Of a DNA stretch of 21,719 nucleotides, positions 19,839-21,719 are shown piece by piece. The notes below the pieces were generated by a model. It saw nothing but the letters and a program-made list of their open reading frames with translations. It did not search any database and was not told where the DNA came from. The DNA is taken from the NCBI GenBank assembly GCA_051453625.1, contig JBOZIK010000001.1, positions 30,454,454 to 30,476,172 of the forward strand, in the 5' to 3' direction. Position 1 is the first letter of the stretch. The number at the start of each line of letters is the position of its first letter. The stretch is from Welwitschia mirabilis. Lineage: Eukaryota. Made by a program: the position numbers and the translations under genes.

Positions 19839-20929
19839 TCTTCCATTGCAACCTCTGCAAATCCATGGAGAGGGTCGCTGTAGGTGATTATTCATGTAAT
19901 TCACCATAGAATTACTTAGCTATAGAAAATCTTATTTCTATTTTTGATTCAGTTGAATAGATTCCAAGGGTATTATGATCCGACCGCTTATTTCTCAAAA
20001 ATAATCATCTGCCTGTGATAAACATGGGCATTTCCATAAGCCTCATATTTGAAGGAATAAATCTCCATGCTGTTTTTGCCCTGGAAAATGGAAAGCAATT
20101 TAAATGATTGATTTCTATTTTTTGGTTCTTAGTTGGTGCCCGTGTTCTATTATCACTCTAATTATGAAAGTGAAAACTGATTGGAATTTAATTAGGCTAG
20201 AAGATCCGATGGGTCTGCAAAATGAGAACAAGGTTCTTTCTATGTATGCAACATTTTGTTGAAGTGCTTTCACAAACATTAAAAAAATGTCACTTTAGTA
20301 GTTTTTAATTGTTTCTGAAACTGATATTCAAAGTGATGGATATTATTTTATGTCTGAAGACCCACAAGATCTATTCAACTGTGTTTATTTACATTTTATG
20401 GAACTACAAAATTGATTCAATAGAAGGAATCATAACTATAGGGTGCATTTGCAGGACTTTGTGTATTTTTTTTGTGTAATTTTTCATCTGGTTCTCAAAA
20501 GTCATGCAAGTTTTTTGTGTGAATTTCTCATCCGAAAGAGAGGAGAGTTGAGAAGTGTCAACTTCTTATTATAGTTATCATTGTTTTCATATTCATGTAT
20601 CTTGTATGTTCCTGCATCTCATATGTAAAGCTTCGATGAAAGTGTTGCTATGGTGTTGAGCTCCTTTCTTGGTTAAAATTTTAGTAAGGCTTAAGCATAT
20701 ATATAAAGATCCAAAATAGTTTGATGCATATGTTAGTATTACAAAATATAAAATATGGTAGTCTCTTTCTTTGTTGGTTTCCTAAAGTATCTATCCTCTG
20801 CTATCGAGTTCTAGACCAAATAAAATGTAAGCTTATCAGAATGTATGATCATCCTTGTCGGTCCTAATACTAAGCTTTAGGACTAAAAAAACAAAAAGAT
20901 AGACAAAGAGACTAATTCTCTTCTTGTAG

Positions 20930-21320
20930 GTAGTTTCTAAAAAAACTTCAGCTATTGTCTGTTCATCTTTGTTTTGTTCATTGACAAGATGAGAAGTGGA
21001 TTGGATAATTGCATTACATCAAGGCACTGGTCTACTCTATTAACAAATGCAATGCAAAGACTAATAGTCTTTGTTATGCCGATGTGCTATGCTTAGATTA
21101 ATACGGTATGTTTGATATCAAGAAAACTGATGATTGATGATACCAGCCTATGAAGGTGAAGTTGGGGGGTAAAACAAATGTGTGGATCAAGAATAAGCCA
21201 AAAAAGATAAAAATAAATATCATAATTGTAAAGGTATAATGGTGTAATGGTAACAGGGAAAGTAATTTTTCAGCAGTACAACATGGTCATACATCTTTCC
21301 TATTACTAACAACCAAAATA
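20930..21320 (+). mobile_element. Possible highly decayed LINE reverse-transcriptase remnant
   Basis: Fragments read FIFVLFIDKM (cf. LF.LFID.L) and, after a frameshift, SLCYADVLCL (cf. LLYADD.VL) at a plausible spacing. Heavily degenerate; the similarity is judged by eye only. Confidence 0.3.
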
Positions 21321-21643
21321 ATAGGGCATGCATATCCATCTATACATCAAGGTTGAGGTTTTATCTGTTTATAAGTCCCAATCTTACTATCACAAATAAG
21401 TGGTTATGTTTTCACATTTACTGATACAATTATAATGTTACTAACTTAAGTTATAGATAATAGGACTTTAGTATTAGGAATATTAATGTTTACACTTTTC
21501 ATAGATAATACCTAGTCGATTATTTTCATAGAGGAATACTACAATATCCCATTTTCCAAATTTTGAAATGTTTAAAAATGGCTATTAGTTCAATGCATGC
21601 AAGCGTGATGGGAATAACTGCTAGTATGGTTATACTAGCTTAG

Positions 21644-21648
<5 letters not shown>

Positions 21649-21694
<46 letters not shown>
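21649..21694. repeat. (AT)23 microsatellite
   Basis: Directly visible. Confidence 0.97.
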
Positions 21695-21697
<3 letters not shown>

Positions 21698-21719
21698 TTT
21701 TTCGATATTTATCAATTTT

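Noticed and set aside
21620..21644. 8-bp hairpin GCTAGTAT-GGTT-ATACTAGC as a Helitron 3' end
   Set aside because: The stem is AT-rich and there is no properly spaced CTRR|T terminus after it.

Overview
Plant (vascular plant-like) nuclear genomic DNA with two assembly gaps (631-753 and 14374-14473). It contains one intact protein-coding gene: a four-exon BEL1-like (BELL/BLH, TALE-class) homeodomain transcription factor on the + strand. The CDS is join(16607..17749,17933..18309,18405..18465,18621..19526), 828 aa, with N- and C-terminal ZIBEL-type motifs, a SKY box, a BELL domain and a PYP-type homeodomain. The first ~6.5 kb is decayed, CpG-depleted retrotransposon DNA: the 3' part of a Sirevirus-like Ty1/copia element (relic ORF, palindromic repeat motifs, PPT, ~1.5 kb 3' LTR), followed by a separate copia gag relic. 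From ~7.2 kb to the end of the gene lies a long CpG-rich region with no recognisable TE. It carries clusters of TTGAC/TGAC, TCP-type, GA-repeat and telobox motifs, probably the regulatory domain of the BLH gene. I found no convincing wholly new system. The most interesting observations are the apparent loss of the family's terminal H-D-F-V motif through a TGAT repeat expansion, the large CpG-retaining island, candidate TALE autoregulatory sites and the CpG-decayed palindromes of the retroelement.
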